Assembly (NCBI GenBank): GCA_001643675.2
Contig: LSRY02000020.1
Span: 62,001 to 126,000, forward strand
DNA length: 64,000 bases
Reading direction: 5' to 3'
Source: Monocercomonoides exilis PA203
Lineage: Eukaryota; Protista; Preaxostyla
Both the position numbers and the translations under genes were made by a program. Positions 52,911 to 64,000 of this stretch are shown one piece after another (position 1 is the stretch's first letter; each line of letters opens with the position of its first letter). The notes beneath the pieces are model-generated. The model worked only from the letters and a program-made list of their open reading frames with translations, was not told the origin of the DNA and did no database searches.

Positions 52911-55900
52911 TAAACCTGTGTGACGTAATGACTACTGACGTGAATATTTACGTTTCTGACGGACTTAACGAAAATATTCGCGTCAGTAATTAATTGTGGT
53001 TATTTCTGAAGTAATTAATCAAAAAGGAATTATTAACTTTATTCATTTCATTTTCATATAACTTTTTTGCATAAAAAATTCACTCTCACATTGTTTTATT
53101 TTTTTTTTTTTGATCAAAATTCAAGATTTTTATTTCAATGGGATACTGACGAAAAGGCAAAAAAGGAATTTCAGATCGTCATTGACGGTTATGCCCGTCA
53201 GGTCAAGTCAGTGTCTCCATGAGTTGATCAAAAAAGCAAATTTTAACTCTTTGGTAAAAGAGTTACATTTATCTTTGCCTCCAATAAAATGGTTTGAGAT
53301 ATAAAGTTTTTTTTGAGCTTTTATCAAGATAATATTGCAGAAATCAAAATATATTGTCTATTGTGAAGAACAAATGAAGAAAATGTCACTGCGAGTTAAT
53401 TCAACAAAACATCCAGCTCGAAGTTTCATTTGTGAATGGTTTGTTCAAATGAAGTGATTTTCACGAACTGGTTTTCAGAAGTTAATAAAGAACATCACCT
53501 TTCGCATTTCATGTCTTCAGAAAATTCACCCTTCTTTGTTTGTTTTCGTCTCTTCGTTACATGAACAAATGAATTGAAGATTCAGCATCGATATACTTAT
53601 CTTCATAGAAATATTGCTTTCTAATTTTTCATTCAACCATCTCTTCTGAAAATGCAAATTAGCATTTATCCATTTCATCAACTTACGTGAAACATCAATC
53701 ATCTTCAACTTTGCTTCTTGAAAAATATTCATTATTTTCTCTGAAAATCCAACTGAACTCCCGACTAATGAATTTTTCACTGAAAACATTATGACAGAAG
53801 CAATATCTCTGAATGATACAAATACTCATTCATATATTGTTGAAAATAAAAATAGTGAAATCGAGAAATTTAAGATTTTCTGAACATTTTTTTGAAGCAT
53901 TCTTTTCGAATAAAGATATGAAAAATGTTGATTCGTGTCTTCTCCGAACTCTTATCCATTCTCTAAATACAGAATCCAGCTGGAGGTGAACAAACACATG
54001 AATCCATCGAATATTTGAAGATTAAAGATACTCAAAGATTGCCTAGACAGTTAATTTATTGTAGAGAATAATTTTTTTTTAAATTCAACCCATCCACGTA
54101 ATAATTATAAAACTTTGATCCATGTCATAAATCGTATCGAAAGAAAATATTATTAGTAATGATTGAAGTCTGTATATTTTTGTTGTTATTCAGATAAAAT
54201 GAAATGAATGAAGAATTAACCTCAAAAATGAACAAATAATCTATATTTTTCGTTTTGTTTCTTTTGCCAACAACGAAATTGTTGAGGTGGAGGAGTTAAG
54301 AGTGAGTGTAGCTGTGGGGGAGGTGAGGTGGAAGATGCTTTGGCTGTTGAGGGTGAGACTGGTGATTGCTGTGTGGTTGAGGGCGAGGGAGCCAGCAGTG
54401 ATGAAGAAGAGGGGGGTTGTGATTGATGATGAAGATGGGGTTGTTCCGGTGATGGTGGTTGTGTTGAGGTTGAGGGAAGGGGAGTTTTGGGAGAGGTGGA
54501 AGAAGATGGGGGTGATGTGATTTGTGGAGTTGTGGGCGATGGCGAGGGCAGAGACTGTGAGGGAGCCCTGGGTCTGTTGGAAGAGGGCAGAAGTGGCAGA
54601 TGGATCTGGTGAAGAAGATGCAGATGAAAATGATGAATATGATGAATATGATGATGATGACTGTGATGACTGTGATGACTGTGAATGTGAGTTTGGTGGT
54701 TGGGGAATGCCACTGGAGGCGATGGTGGTGGCATCTGTGCCATTTCCATTGATTTTTGTGTCAACCTCGCTAAAAGTGAGTGTTTGAATGGGAACAAATA
54801 TTGAGGTGAGGAGGGTGAGGGAAGCGTCTTGGAGGAGGGAAATGAAGCTATTGAGGGCATATTCGATGGTGGCACATGGGGTCTGTTGGGGCCTGCCACA
54901 TGCATCGATATCTGATCTTCCATTTGCAACAATTTTGTTTTGAGCGATGAGGGGGAGCCAGCCGTTGAACACATCACTATCAGCTGTGTAGTTGTTCCAG
55001 ACTCTTTTAGATGGAGTTGTTGATCCGCAATTCTCGAATGGGGATTGAGTGATGCTGTTTCCATTGAAGAACACATCATTCCCCCTGCCGTTTTTTGCTG
55101 TATTTCCATCAAAGAAACAAAAAGTGATAAATTTTGTTCCACTCATCCAGGAATAAGTTGCTGTGCAACACAGCGCAGCTCCTCCGTATGTGGAAGAAGC
55201 AGTCAGTTTATTATTTATAAATTGGCAATCATCAATCAAAAATTGATTTGGCTTCACTTGAGGAGGCCAATTGAATGTGAGAGCACCAGCAGAATCTCCA
55301 CCAGAATTTGAAATACACTTGCATTCGAAAAACAAAAATTGACCGTTTGAAGATAAGGTGCTGATAGCAAAAAACCAACCAGTTCCGCACCAGTTTGTGA
55401 TTGAACAACTTTCCACTCTGCTTTCTGAGAATGTCCAAACAGAATTTGATTGTGGATTCCATATTGCTGCTGCTCCTCCATGATATCCAGAACAATTTGT
55501 GAAATTGGATTGCATTATATTTAACTTTAACAAAAAAAAAAAAAAAAAAAAACAACGCTCCCCCATCCCAACTGCTTGAACAATAATTGAATGAGCACAA
55601 TGTGATGGCAAGATAAGAATTTACACTATCCACAGAAAGCGCTCCTCCTCGATTTCATCCGCTAGAAATATTTTCCCATTCGCACCACTCGAAGCGATGA
55701 CTGTTAACATCAAAGGAATGTAGTCTTCCAAGTTTCACTCTTTGAGTTTCGGAGCCGACATGTACAACAGCAGCATTTAACGAAGAGCATGCATTTTATA
55801 TGAAGTGGTTTGTTCTGAATAGAAGGATGAATCGATTAAGGCGTGAGGGATCTCTGACATAGAAGCAATTCAATAAAAAATCGATATTAAAATGGATTAA

Positions 55901-56120
55901 TGGGATATGAAAATTTGATTCAGAAATTATTCCTTTCTAAAATTATTCTCGTTAAATCTCTAATAGAAAATATAAAAGAGCGCTTGAAAAGAATAAGTTT
56001 TCTTATTTATTAATTATGAAAAACAAAAAAAAACAAAAAAAAAAAAAAAAAAACCACTGACGTGGAAATTCGTTCCTGACGGACGTGAAGACAAAACTCA
56101 CCTCACGTCACACAGGTTTA
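52911..56120. mobile_element. Non-autonomous hAT-type element with host-gene cargo (Pack-type)
   Basis: Perfect 16-bp TIR TAAACCTGTGTGACGT / ACGTCACACAGGTTTA; TSD TATGTGAC at 52903-52910 and 56121-56128; subterminal TGACG motifs; no transposase. Confidence 0.9.
54241..55860 (-). pseudogene. Beta-helix (pectin-lyase/Pmp-like GGA repeat) surface-protein fragment
   Basis: Repeated FxNC...GGA motifs, FDGNTAKNGRGNDV, CG...PCATIEYA; stops in the 5' part, a retained intron near 55510-55556, truncated 3' end. Confidence 0.7.
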
Positions 56121-56237
56121 TATGTGACTATTTTTGAAGTCATCTTTTTTCATGCAAAATTTTCTGTTCGAAAATTTCACTTGAATAATAACAAAAGAAC
56201 TCTGAAAAGTGAAAATACTTATTTTTGATATCTTCAT

Positions 56238-56316
56238 TATACATCTGTGACCTGACAAATAACTTGAAGCCTCGTCTGTCAAAAAAAAAAAAAAAAAAAG
56301 AAAAAAGAAAAAGAAA

Positions 56317-56347
<31 letters not shown>

Positions 56348-57110
56348 TATTTTGTATTAATATTAAATAAACAATTGCAAAAACTTCCAAAGACTTTTCA
56401 AAGCAAATTGGAAAAGATATGTTGATAGGATCTGTAATATCTTGTCGTTTTTTCTCTTTTGTCAGTGACCGTCAGTGACCGTCAGTGACTGTCCACGACA
56501 AATTGTGACAAAATTATTCCTCAATTGACATTTCGTGTCAAATAAAATAAATATTGGGAACTTGATCACATAAGAAAAAAATTCAATTTTTTCAAAATAA
56601 TAAGAATTATTACATGAAGATTTTCATATTAATAACAGATATCGCACAAAATACCGGACAAGGTCCATATCTCAATAACCTCAAGAAGAAAAATTCTGTT
56701 CATTTTCCTCAAAATATATCTCATCAATGCAAACTCACGTGCCATACCAGACTTTTAAAATCGCCTCATTCGTACTCAGAGAAAATTATTTTTTATATTT
56801 CGGAGTAATAGGATTTCAAGTTTCTCCGAAATATAAAAAATAATTTTCTCTGAGTACGAATGAGGCGATTTTAAAAGTCTGGTATGGCACGTGAGTTTGC
56901 ATTGATGAGATATATTTTGAGGAAAATGAACAGAATTTTTCTTCTTGAGGTTATTGAGATATGGACCTTGTCCGGTATTTTGTGCGATATCTGTGTTGTT
57001 GTATAAAAATTGTAAAATCGTTGCGCATTACCCATTTTGACAAGTCCTAAATATCTTGTCAGTCATTTTGTCATTTTTTCAATTTTCTCTTGTCATGTCA
57101 CAGAGGTGTA
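56238..57110. mobile_element. Short non-autonomous hAT-type element containing a long palindrome
   Basis: TIR TATACATCTGTGACCTGACAA vs reverse complement TACACCTCTGTGACATGACAA (18/21); TSD ATCTTCAT at 56230-56237 and 57111-57118; subterminal (GTCAGTGACY)x3 at 56461-56490. Confidence 0.85.
56635..56994. repeat. Perfect inverted repeat: 171-bp arms, 18-bp spacer
   Basis: Arm 56635-56805 is the reverse complement of 56824-56994; spacer TAATAGGATTTCAAGTTT. Confidence 0.95.
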
Positions 57111-59082
57111 ATCTTCATCTTTATTTCAGCTCACACTTTTGTTTTTAAAATGGATATGATGAAACTTATCATTAAAATACAAAATCTGGATTAAATTACA
57201 AACAACCTTTGAATAATTAACACTGCGAAAAAATTTATGATTTCAAAAATAATCAGACATATTTCCTTTAAAAGCACACTGTTTTTAAATTATTTGGAAT
57301 CTTCTTTTATAATTTCGTGTTTTTGCAAATTTAATGAAGAATGATAAAAATAGAATTCACTTTTTTCATTTCACTTTTTGAATTTCAAAAACATGGTGGC
57401 AAATATGGACTTTCAAGCTTTTTTTGAACAAAGAAAGAAAATTTTGTTTCACTTATAACATTATTAAACTTTCTCAGATTTCAAAAAAATTATGATTTTA
57501 ATAACTGTAAACAAACATCATTGATGTGATCACAAAATGTTTTGTAATCTCACATGTATTTTATACAATAAACCCATTTTTTAAACATATTTCCAGATCA
57601 CAAAAAGCGTATCAGAAGTGCATAATTTTTTCTTAGAAAATGCTTGCGGCTAAATATTTTGTCACATTTGTGTGATGATTTTTGAATAATTGTTTTCTCT
57701 TACAAAAATTTCTGTTTTATTATTCACTTTATATATCGAAAAACATACGCTGAAAAGTTGCAACTCTTTTTTAAAAATATATTTTTCTTGAGCATAATTT
57801 CGAACATCTTCATTTGAAACAATTGTAATGTTTTTTTCTTTTGTATGAATAAACTGTCTCCAAAGATATCAAGTCTGTGAAGAATCAACACTCCAACAAA
57901 AGTTACGATTTCTAAAATAATCACCTCGTCTCGTGAAATTTAATAAGTTCTAATGAAATTTTGATGAAAATGAATATTTTCATTTTCACCGGAAATTTTT
58001 ACGAAAGGATATTTCAAAAAATTATATTTTGGAAATTTGGTACTTTTTTTTTTTTTTCACTTTTTAATATTCAATTTGATAAGTTTGAAAATTGGTTTTC
58101 ATAATTTTTGTAATTAATTATGAAAAAAAACATTTTTAATGAAAAATATAAACAAATTTGAATGTTTGAAATCATAACATTCAGAAATGTCGAATCCCTA
58201 AAAATATAACATTGTTGAAATAAGTCGTATTTGGTTTTTTCATTTCGTTATGCATTATTTTTTTTTTAATATTTTTTATAAGTTACACCAATAATTATTC
58301 AAAGTCGAAATTTTTCATTCGAAGTCGAAAAAGTTTCAATCAAAATAGAAATTTTAATAATCAAGAACATATGTTTCCCAATGAAAAATCAATTGAAGAA
58401 AAATATTGTTCTTTTGTTTTTGTGAATATTATTGGCAATGTTTGTGTTGTTGTTTTCTACTAATTTTGAAGAATTCGAACAAAAATAAAGTCTGAAACAA
58501 ACTCCAAACAAAATTCAAGACATTTGTTTTTTTCAATAAGAAATAAGTTTTTTGTAATGAAAAAACACGAAATGAGAAAGCCAATACTGTATTCATCATT
58601 CTTCAAAAAATAAGTGAAAAAACAATATTTTTCTTTCGCAAATTTTCTGTGAAAAAGAATGCTTTCAATTGAAAATAGATAAAAATATGTTAGAATTCAT
58701 ATCATGTTTTGAATTTGCAATTGTTCAAAAAGAATAACAAAAATATTACAGAAAAGAGATAAAAATTCATTAAAATAGCAAACATCATTGATATTTCAAT
58801 AATTTAATTGTTTTTTGACTTTTATTGATTTTTGTCAACTTTTTGAAAATTTGAAGTTTTTCGAATTTTCGATTTTGCTTGAAAGTTTTTCGAATTTGAA
58901 TTATTCTTGGTGTGTTATTCTGAAATTAAGATTAAACCGGAAATACATTAACAATATGAACTTAATGTGTTTCATATGTATTGTAGGAAAAATGAAAAAA
59001 AAATTACTTTTTTGTTAAAAATTTTTTACACAAAAAAATGTAATTATGAGAAAAGATCATAAGTGAACATTAAATATTTCTA

Positions 59083-60782
59083 ATGGACAGCAGAAATATC
59101 AAACAAAATTATGCAGTTATGTGCATAGAATCAAAATATTGCAGGCCAGTGTTTCTAACATTATTCCTCATCTTTCTTGCTGCATTGACTATTGTTTGAC
59201 ATTTTGAGTATTTTATTTTAAATACAAATGAAAAATGATTATTTCCTTACAATTTTACAACAGGGAATTGGGTGTCTAACTATTATGTTACCAAAAAAAT
59301 TTGAATACCTTTATGAATCCACTTGGAAATGTGATTTGCCAACAGATTCCTTCAATCCAGAAATCTGTCACGGAGTTGATATTTTTCACGATCCATTTGC
59401 AACAATTTCAGGATCTGCAGACCCAGATAAAGTGAAATATAACTTGATGCTTAGTCTTCGCCCGAAAAGTGCTGCTAAAGAAATTGGTTTAAATTTTCAA
59501 ATGCCAATGCACATAAATCTATTACATCCGAATGGCAATTACATCAACGACACAAGGAATCTGACGTTTAATTGCAATCCTCGTGGTGATTGTGGTGAAA
59601 TTATGCTATTTCAATTTCATCAGATAAAGTATAGTTTCTTTATAGAAGTTGCAAATAAAACATTTGCAAAAGAAGTTCAGGAATTCATTGGAGATGCAGA
59701 GCTTGTATGGAGAAATGATAATCCAAAATACGAAGGAATTGCAGTTTGTATTCTTTGTTCTTCCAAAATAAATACGCTTCAACAAATCTATTTCTTTATC
59801 AATAAACTAGTGCATTTTCCGTTATGTCGGCCTTGGGATAACTTTAATTTTGCTTATTGTCTTTTGGGTGCAAACAGGAAGACAGCAGTATAAAACGTCT
59901 GCAGAACAGCGCTGGATTATGTACTTCATGATTGCAACAATTGTGATGGACAATCCGTTGTTTGGATTTATTTTAATATATCGTGGCGGTGTTTTCTCAA
60001 TAATTGATAACATCCTCAATGTGATTGGAGTTTGCTTCTTGATGCTGTATCCTCTTGTTGCGTTAGGAGGATTTATCACTACGAAAATGACATGCCGCGG
60101 GTTTTTCTTTCCGAGATGCATCCTCATTCTGGTTTACGGAGCAATGCTTCTTGTTGTGAATATCTATCAAACTATAAAATCCATTAAATATCCTACAACC
60201 ACTCTTCGAGATGTGCCTGGATATTTCGTTTTCAACTTCATTGCTATCTTTCTGTACATTATATGGTTAATATGGTTTCTCTACAACCTTATTCGTGTAT
60301 TTGTTGTCACAAAACAGCATCCACGAGCAATCAAGGGTAGATACAGAGCAGTCATTTGCTTTGTTGTTCTCTTCAGTCTGGGATTCCATGTGCTGGTGAC
60401 AATCGAGTCATTTGATTTTAGCATTTTCTCCGGAATAAATCCTGTGGCGAAGGTTTGGGTAGCTAACTGCTTCTGCTGGATGATGGCAATCGTGTTTATG
60501 CCAACACGTGCCGAGCGAATGACCAGCACAACAATTGAAGGCGCAATGCATCCAAAGCAAAGGAATGTCAGAGAATCGATCGTGAGGTCGGCTATTGAAG
60601 AGGTGACGGTCGATGACGAGGGAGAGCCGGTGGTGTACAGAGAACAGATCAACGAGATTGGACCAGGAGGAAGAGAAGGGAAGGAGAAGAAGAGCCCAAC
60701 TGGAACTGAAGCCAATGAGAGAGAAAAAGTTATCGAGTTAGAACCAGACTTTGGAGAGAACGACCCAACAGCAAACATTTAA
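59083..60782 (+). CDS. TMEM181/Wntless-like multi-pass membrane protein
   Basis: N-terminal TM, luminal domain with C..G.CGEI.LF, then EQRWIMYFMIATIVMDNPLF and FFFPRCIL TM motifs; two introns. Confidence 0.7.
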
Positions 60783-61229
60783 CTGAAAACACAGATGCAA
60801 TCCCAACTATTAACTCTTTCAATTATTTGTGATCTGCTTTAAGTCAGTTGTTTTTCTGTAGCTTATATTATCATTCTTGATTTCTCTTTGATTTCCCATA
60901 ATCTGCTTTTATTTCTTTTTAAGCATTTTTTGAGATTGCGGAGATTCTTCGTTCTTTTCTCCCTTCAGAAATAAAAGTTTATTAGAGAAATTTCTTTTCA
61001 TTTCTTTTCATTTCTATATTTTTATATGTGTATACTTCATTATTTCCTCTGAGAGAAAAAGTTAATGTTTCTGCCTGCAGCACGTCATTTACTACCAACA
61101 ACTTGTCTATTTCATGTTTTTGACATCTTTTTTTTCAGTTTTTCCCAGAAGCAGATGAAGAATAGAAAATATTCAAATATTGAATAAATATTTTATTTTG
61201 TTAATTTTGTAATTATGAAACACTAAAAA

Positions 61230-62304
61230 TTACAGAGGTAAAGGCCAAACTTGAACCAACCTAAAAATAAGAACAAATAAAGAGTTGTTAAAAAAGAAAT
61301 TAAGTTAAACAAGAACACAATCCAAATTGAAGAAAAAAATAAACATCTACATACCGAGGCTCAAATTCTCCAACTTTACCCTCCTTATGACTTCCCAATG
61401 AATTTTGCACATATCTTATTCCTTCAATCGTAACATCCTTGTTTACATGAGTATGACCAAAGCAATGTACACATGAGCCAAGACATCTAATTTGCTTTTC
61501 CAATTCACGAGATCCAGAAACGTGCTTCAAAAACTTTCGCTTACCTTCATATGGAGGCAGCAATTCGCTACGAGGGACCATATGCGAAAAAGAAATTATT
61601 GGAGATGCATCCATTAAATCAAATTCATTTATAAAACTTTCATTTCGTTCATATAATTTCATAGGAGCCGAATCATGCGGCCATTTACAATAATATAAAT
61701 CTGACCATCCTTTAAATAATTGTATATCCTCGTTTGATAACTCAACATCTTGTGCAAACGATGAATCGTACCATGAAAATAATGGAACAATCCAAACACC
61801 ACTAACAATTTCTGGCTTTGTCTTAACTCCTATTTCTTGACACACATTTAGTAGTGCATCTATCTATCAAAGTGAAAAATGAAAACAACAAAATATAAAA
61901 AAAGAAAAAACCCAAAAACTAATGAACAAACTTTCTTTTCAGAATCTTCAAATATTCCATCTATAATCCAGATATCATGATTTCCGGGTGTAAAAAACAC
62001 ATTCCTTTGATGCAAAAAAGTAATTAAGCAAAAAATATCAATGAAAGACAACAAAAAACTGCAAACTTAAACTTTCTTTTAAGCATCATTAAACATTTTT
62101 TTGTCTCTGAAAGATCATGAGAAATATCTCCAGCTATAATCTGAATTTAAAGTCATTAAAAACCGCAAATTAAAAAAAAGAAGATTCATGTGGAGTCGGA
62201 CAAACTAAAGTATCAAATTCATGACTCGGAATGGCTTCAAGCCATTTCAAATTTTGTAAATAATTTATGTGTAAATCAGATAAAAGAAACACTTTTTCGC
62301 TCAT
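61230..62304 (-). CDS. Calcineurin-like metallophosphoesterase, multi-exon
   Basis: LSDLH, AGDISHD, PGNHD, FSH, GHTH motifs; ATG 62304; last exon LVQVWPLPL-TAA. Confidence 0.9.
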
Positions 62305-62422
62305 ATAGTTAAAAAATAAAACAATAAAAAATACAGGATCAAATAACAAAAGAAAAATGATCCTATCCCACACACTTTTTTATTCTATTAACCAATTCTG
62401 TGCATTGAGCACATTAGAGTTG

Positions 62423-64000
62423 ATGGGAAACATAACTTTTGAAAATTGGTATATTAAAGATAGTCCAACAGGAAAATATATAGACGATTCATTTTTCCGT
62501 GATGTTTGTAATTTTATTTAAGAAATTTGTTTTGTTGCTGTTAAAATACTATGCCTTTGCGTTTAGAGTTATGAATATCATCACCGACGAGGATTTTACT
62601 CTAGCATTGCATCATATGCAGTTAGATGGCTGTATGATTTATTTTCATTTTTTAAAAAAACATTTTTAACATTTATCAAATTGTAAGTTCGGACATGTTT
62701 ATATTTGGAATACTGCTTCTTTTCTTAACATTTACAAATTGGGAAGGATTGTACAATTGTGCGAGAGATTCAGAGCTTCCATGTGATGATATATTTCGAT
62801 TCAGAATATATCCAATGTATGATATTTGATTAATTTTTCAATTCTTCATGAAAAATTGCAGGACTGGATTAATTGTCGCATTTTTGTTTTTTGCATTCAT
62901 AGGATCTTTTTGTTGGAATTTTTGTATCCTTATCAACCGAATTATAGCATTTAGCGCAATCAGACGTATATTATCACATGACCTGAAGCTTCGTGATGTG
63001 TGAAAAATTAACTTTGTGATTTTTTTAAAAAAGGACGTTTGCATACGCTTTTTAATACAAAAGGCGGATCTCCGTGCAATGTCCTTCGAGTTATTACTCC
63101 CTGATCTTCTTTCATACTGCAAGCTTAAGGGATTGGAGGTTGATGCGCACATGTTCCTTAATTGTGTTATGCGAGCAGAGAATTGCCTGAACAAGTTTTA
63201 TTCGGCTGCAATGGTGAACGATGAGGATATTCATCAATTTCCTCGCGATTTATACAAGTCAAGTGTGGACGTTTCTTAAATTTTGTTGAAATAAAACACT
63301 TTCACATTATTTAATAAAAATGCTTTATATATTTTTTCCCCTCAACACACGACGATGCATTCCGTTGATCAAAATGCTATTTGCATACACAGTCATCGTT
63401 AGGCATCGTCCGCAGTCATCAGAATTTATGGACGAAGTTATAACTCGCTTCCTGCTGAAGCCTTTGCTATCACAAATAGGACCAGTTTGCGATGATATTC
63501 TAATGTTTTACTAATCAAAATTTACTTTAACTTTTTGACAAATTTTTTAAAAATCATTCATAAATCCATATTTCTATGTTTTGTTATTGCACCTTAGGAA
63601 TATTCTCAAAAGACAAAAGAAAAGCTGGCAAAAAAGTATTCAAAATTCTTCTTCTTCATTTTTTTATCGATTTTATTTGTATTTTTTTATTAAAATCTAT
63701 GTTGCATATTCATTCTGCTCATAATTACTTTTCAATGGGCTTTTTTTCTAACAGTGTCAGAAAAAGAATGCTCATCGTCGGATTTCTGCTGCTTCTTGCC
63801 AGTCCCGTTTTCTTTGTGCTATTTTTGATGAAATTTGTATTTACACACGGACAAGTTTGCAAGTTAATCTCTTTCCTCACAAATAAAAAGTACAAATAAA
63901 AATCTTTAAATTCTTTCTTTCTTTTTTATAAAATTTCTTTATTTCTTTATTTTCCATTCACTTTTCTTACCTGCTTTTCATCCCTATCCCCTTCCCCCTT
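62423..64000 (+). CDS. ATG9: Autophagy protein 9 (lipid scramblase), 5' part; runs off the window end
   Basis: IDDSFFRD..YEYHHRRGF, DLKLRD-ADLRAMSF, DAHMFLNCVMRAENCL, RMLIVGFLLLLASPVFFVLFLMKFVFTHGQ follow the ATG9 motif order. Confidence 0.75.

Noticed and set aside
56614-56808. 64-aa ORF over the palindrome arm
   Set aside because: No recognisable motif; probably incidental.
57120-59050. Long AT-rich stretch
   Set aside because: No convincing ORF, repeat or RNA structure seen.

Overview
AT-rich, intron-rich eukaryotic DNA with the standard genetic code and short GT-AG introns. The gene families resemble an oxymonad such as Monocercomonoides (inference, not checked). Host genes include a Sir2 sirtuin, an F-box/multi-TM protein, an LRR plus XK-scramblase-like fusion, an importin-alpha-like protein, a longin-like protein, a giant TmcB/C-like protein ending in a hemerythrin domain, CDC50, TRAP-alpha, an ER DnaJ, TMEM181/Wntless-like, a metallophosphoesterase, ATG9 and tRNA-Val(CAC). 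The main unexplained structure is a set of DNA transposons that the ORF track does not show. Three elements share a TA-N-N-C-C-T-N-T-G-Y-G-A-C type terminal inverted repeat (TIR), and each has its own perfect 8-bp target-site duplication (TSD), as in hAT elements. (1) 13156-20055 carries a hAT transposase broken by a single TAG, plus a captured intron-containing pseudokinase gene fragment. (2) 52911-56120 has no transposase and carries a beta-helix surface-protein fragment. (3) 56238-57110 has no recognisable coding content and holds a perfect 171-bp inverted repeat. In addition, an apparently intact DD35D pogo-type element sits 5-7 bp upstream of the tRNA gene, and a decayed Merlin/IS1595-like transposase is present.
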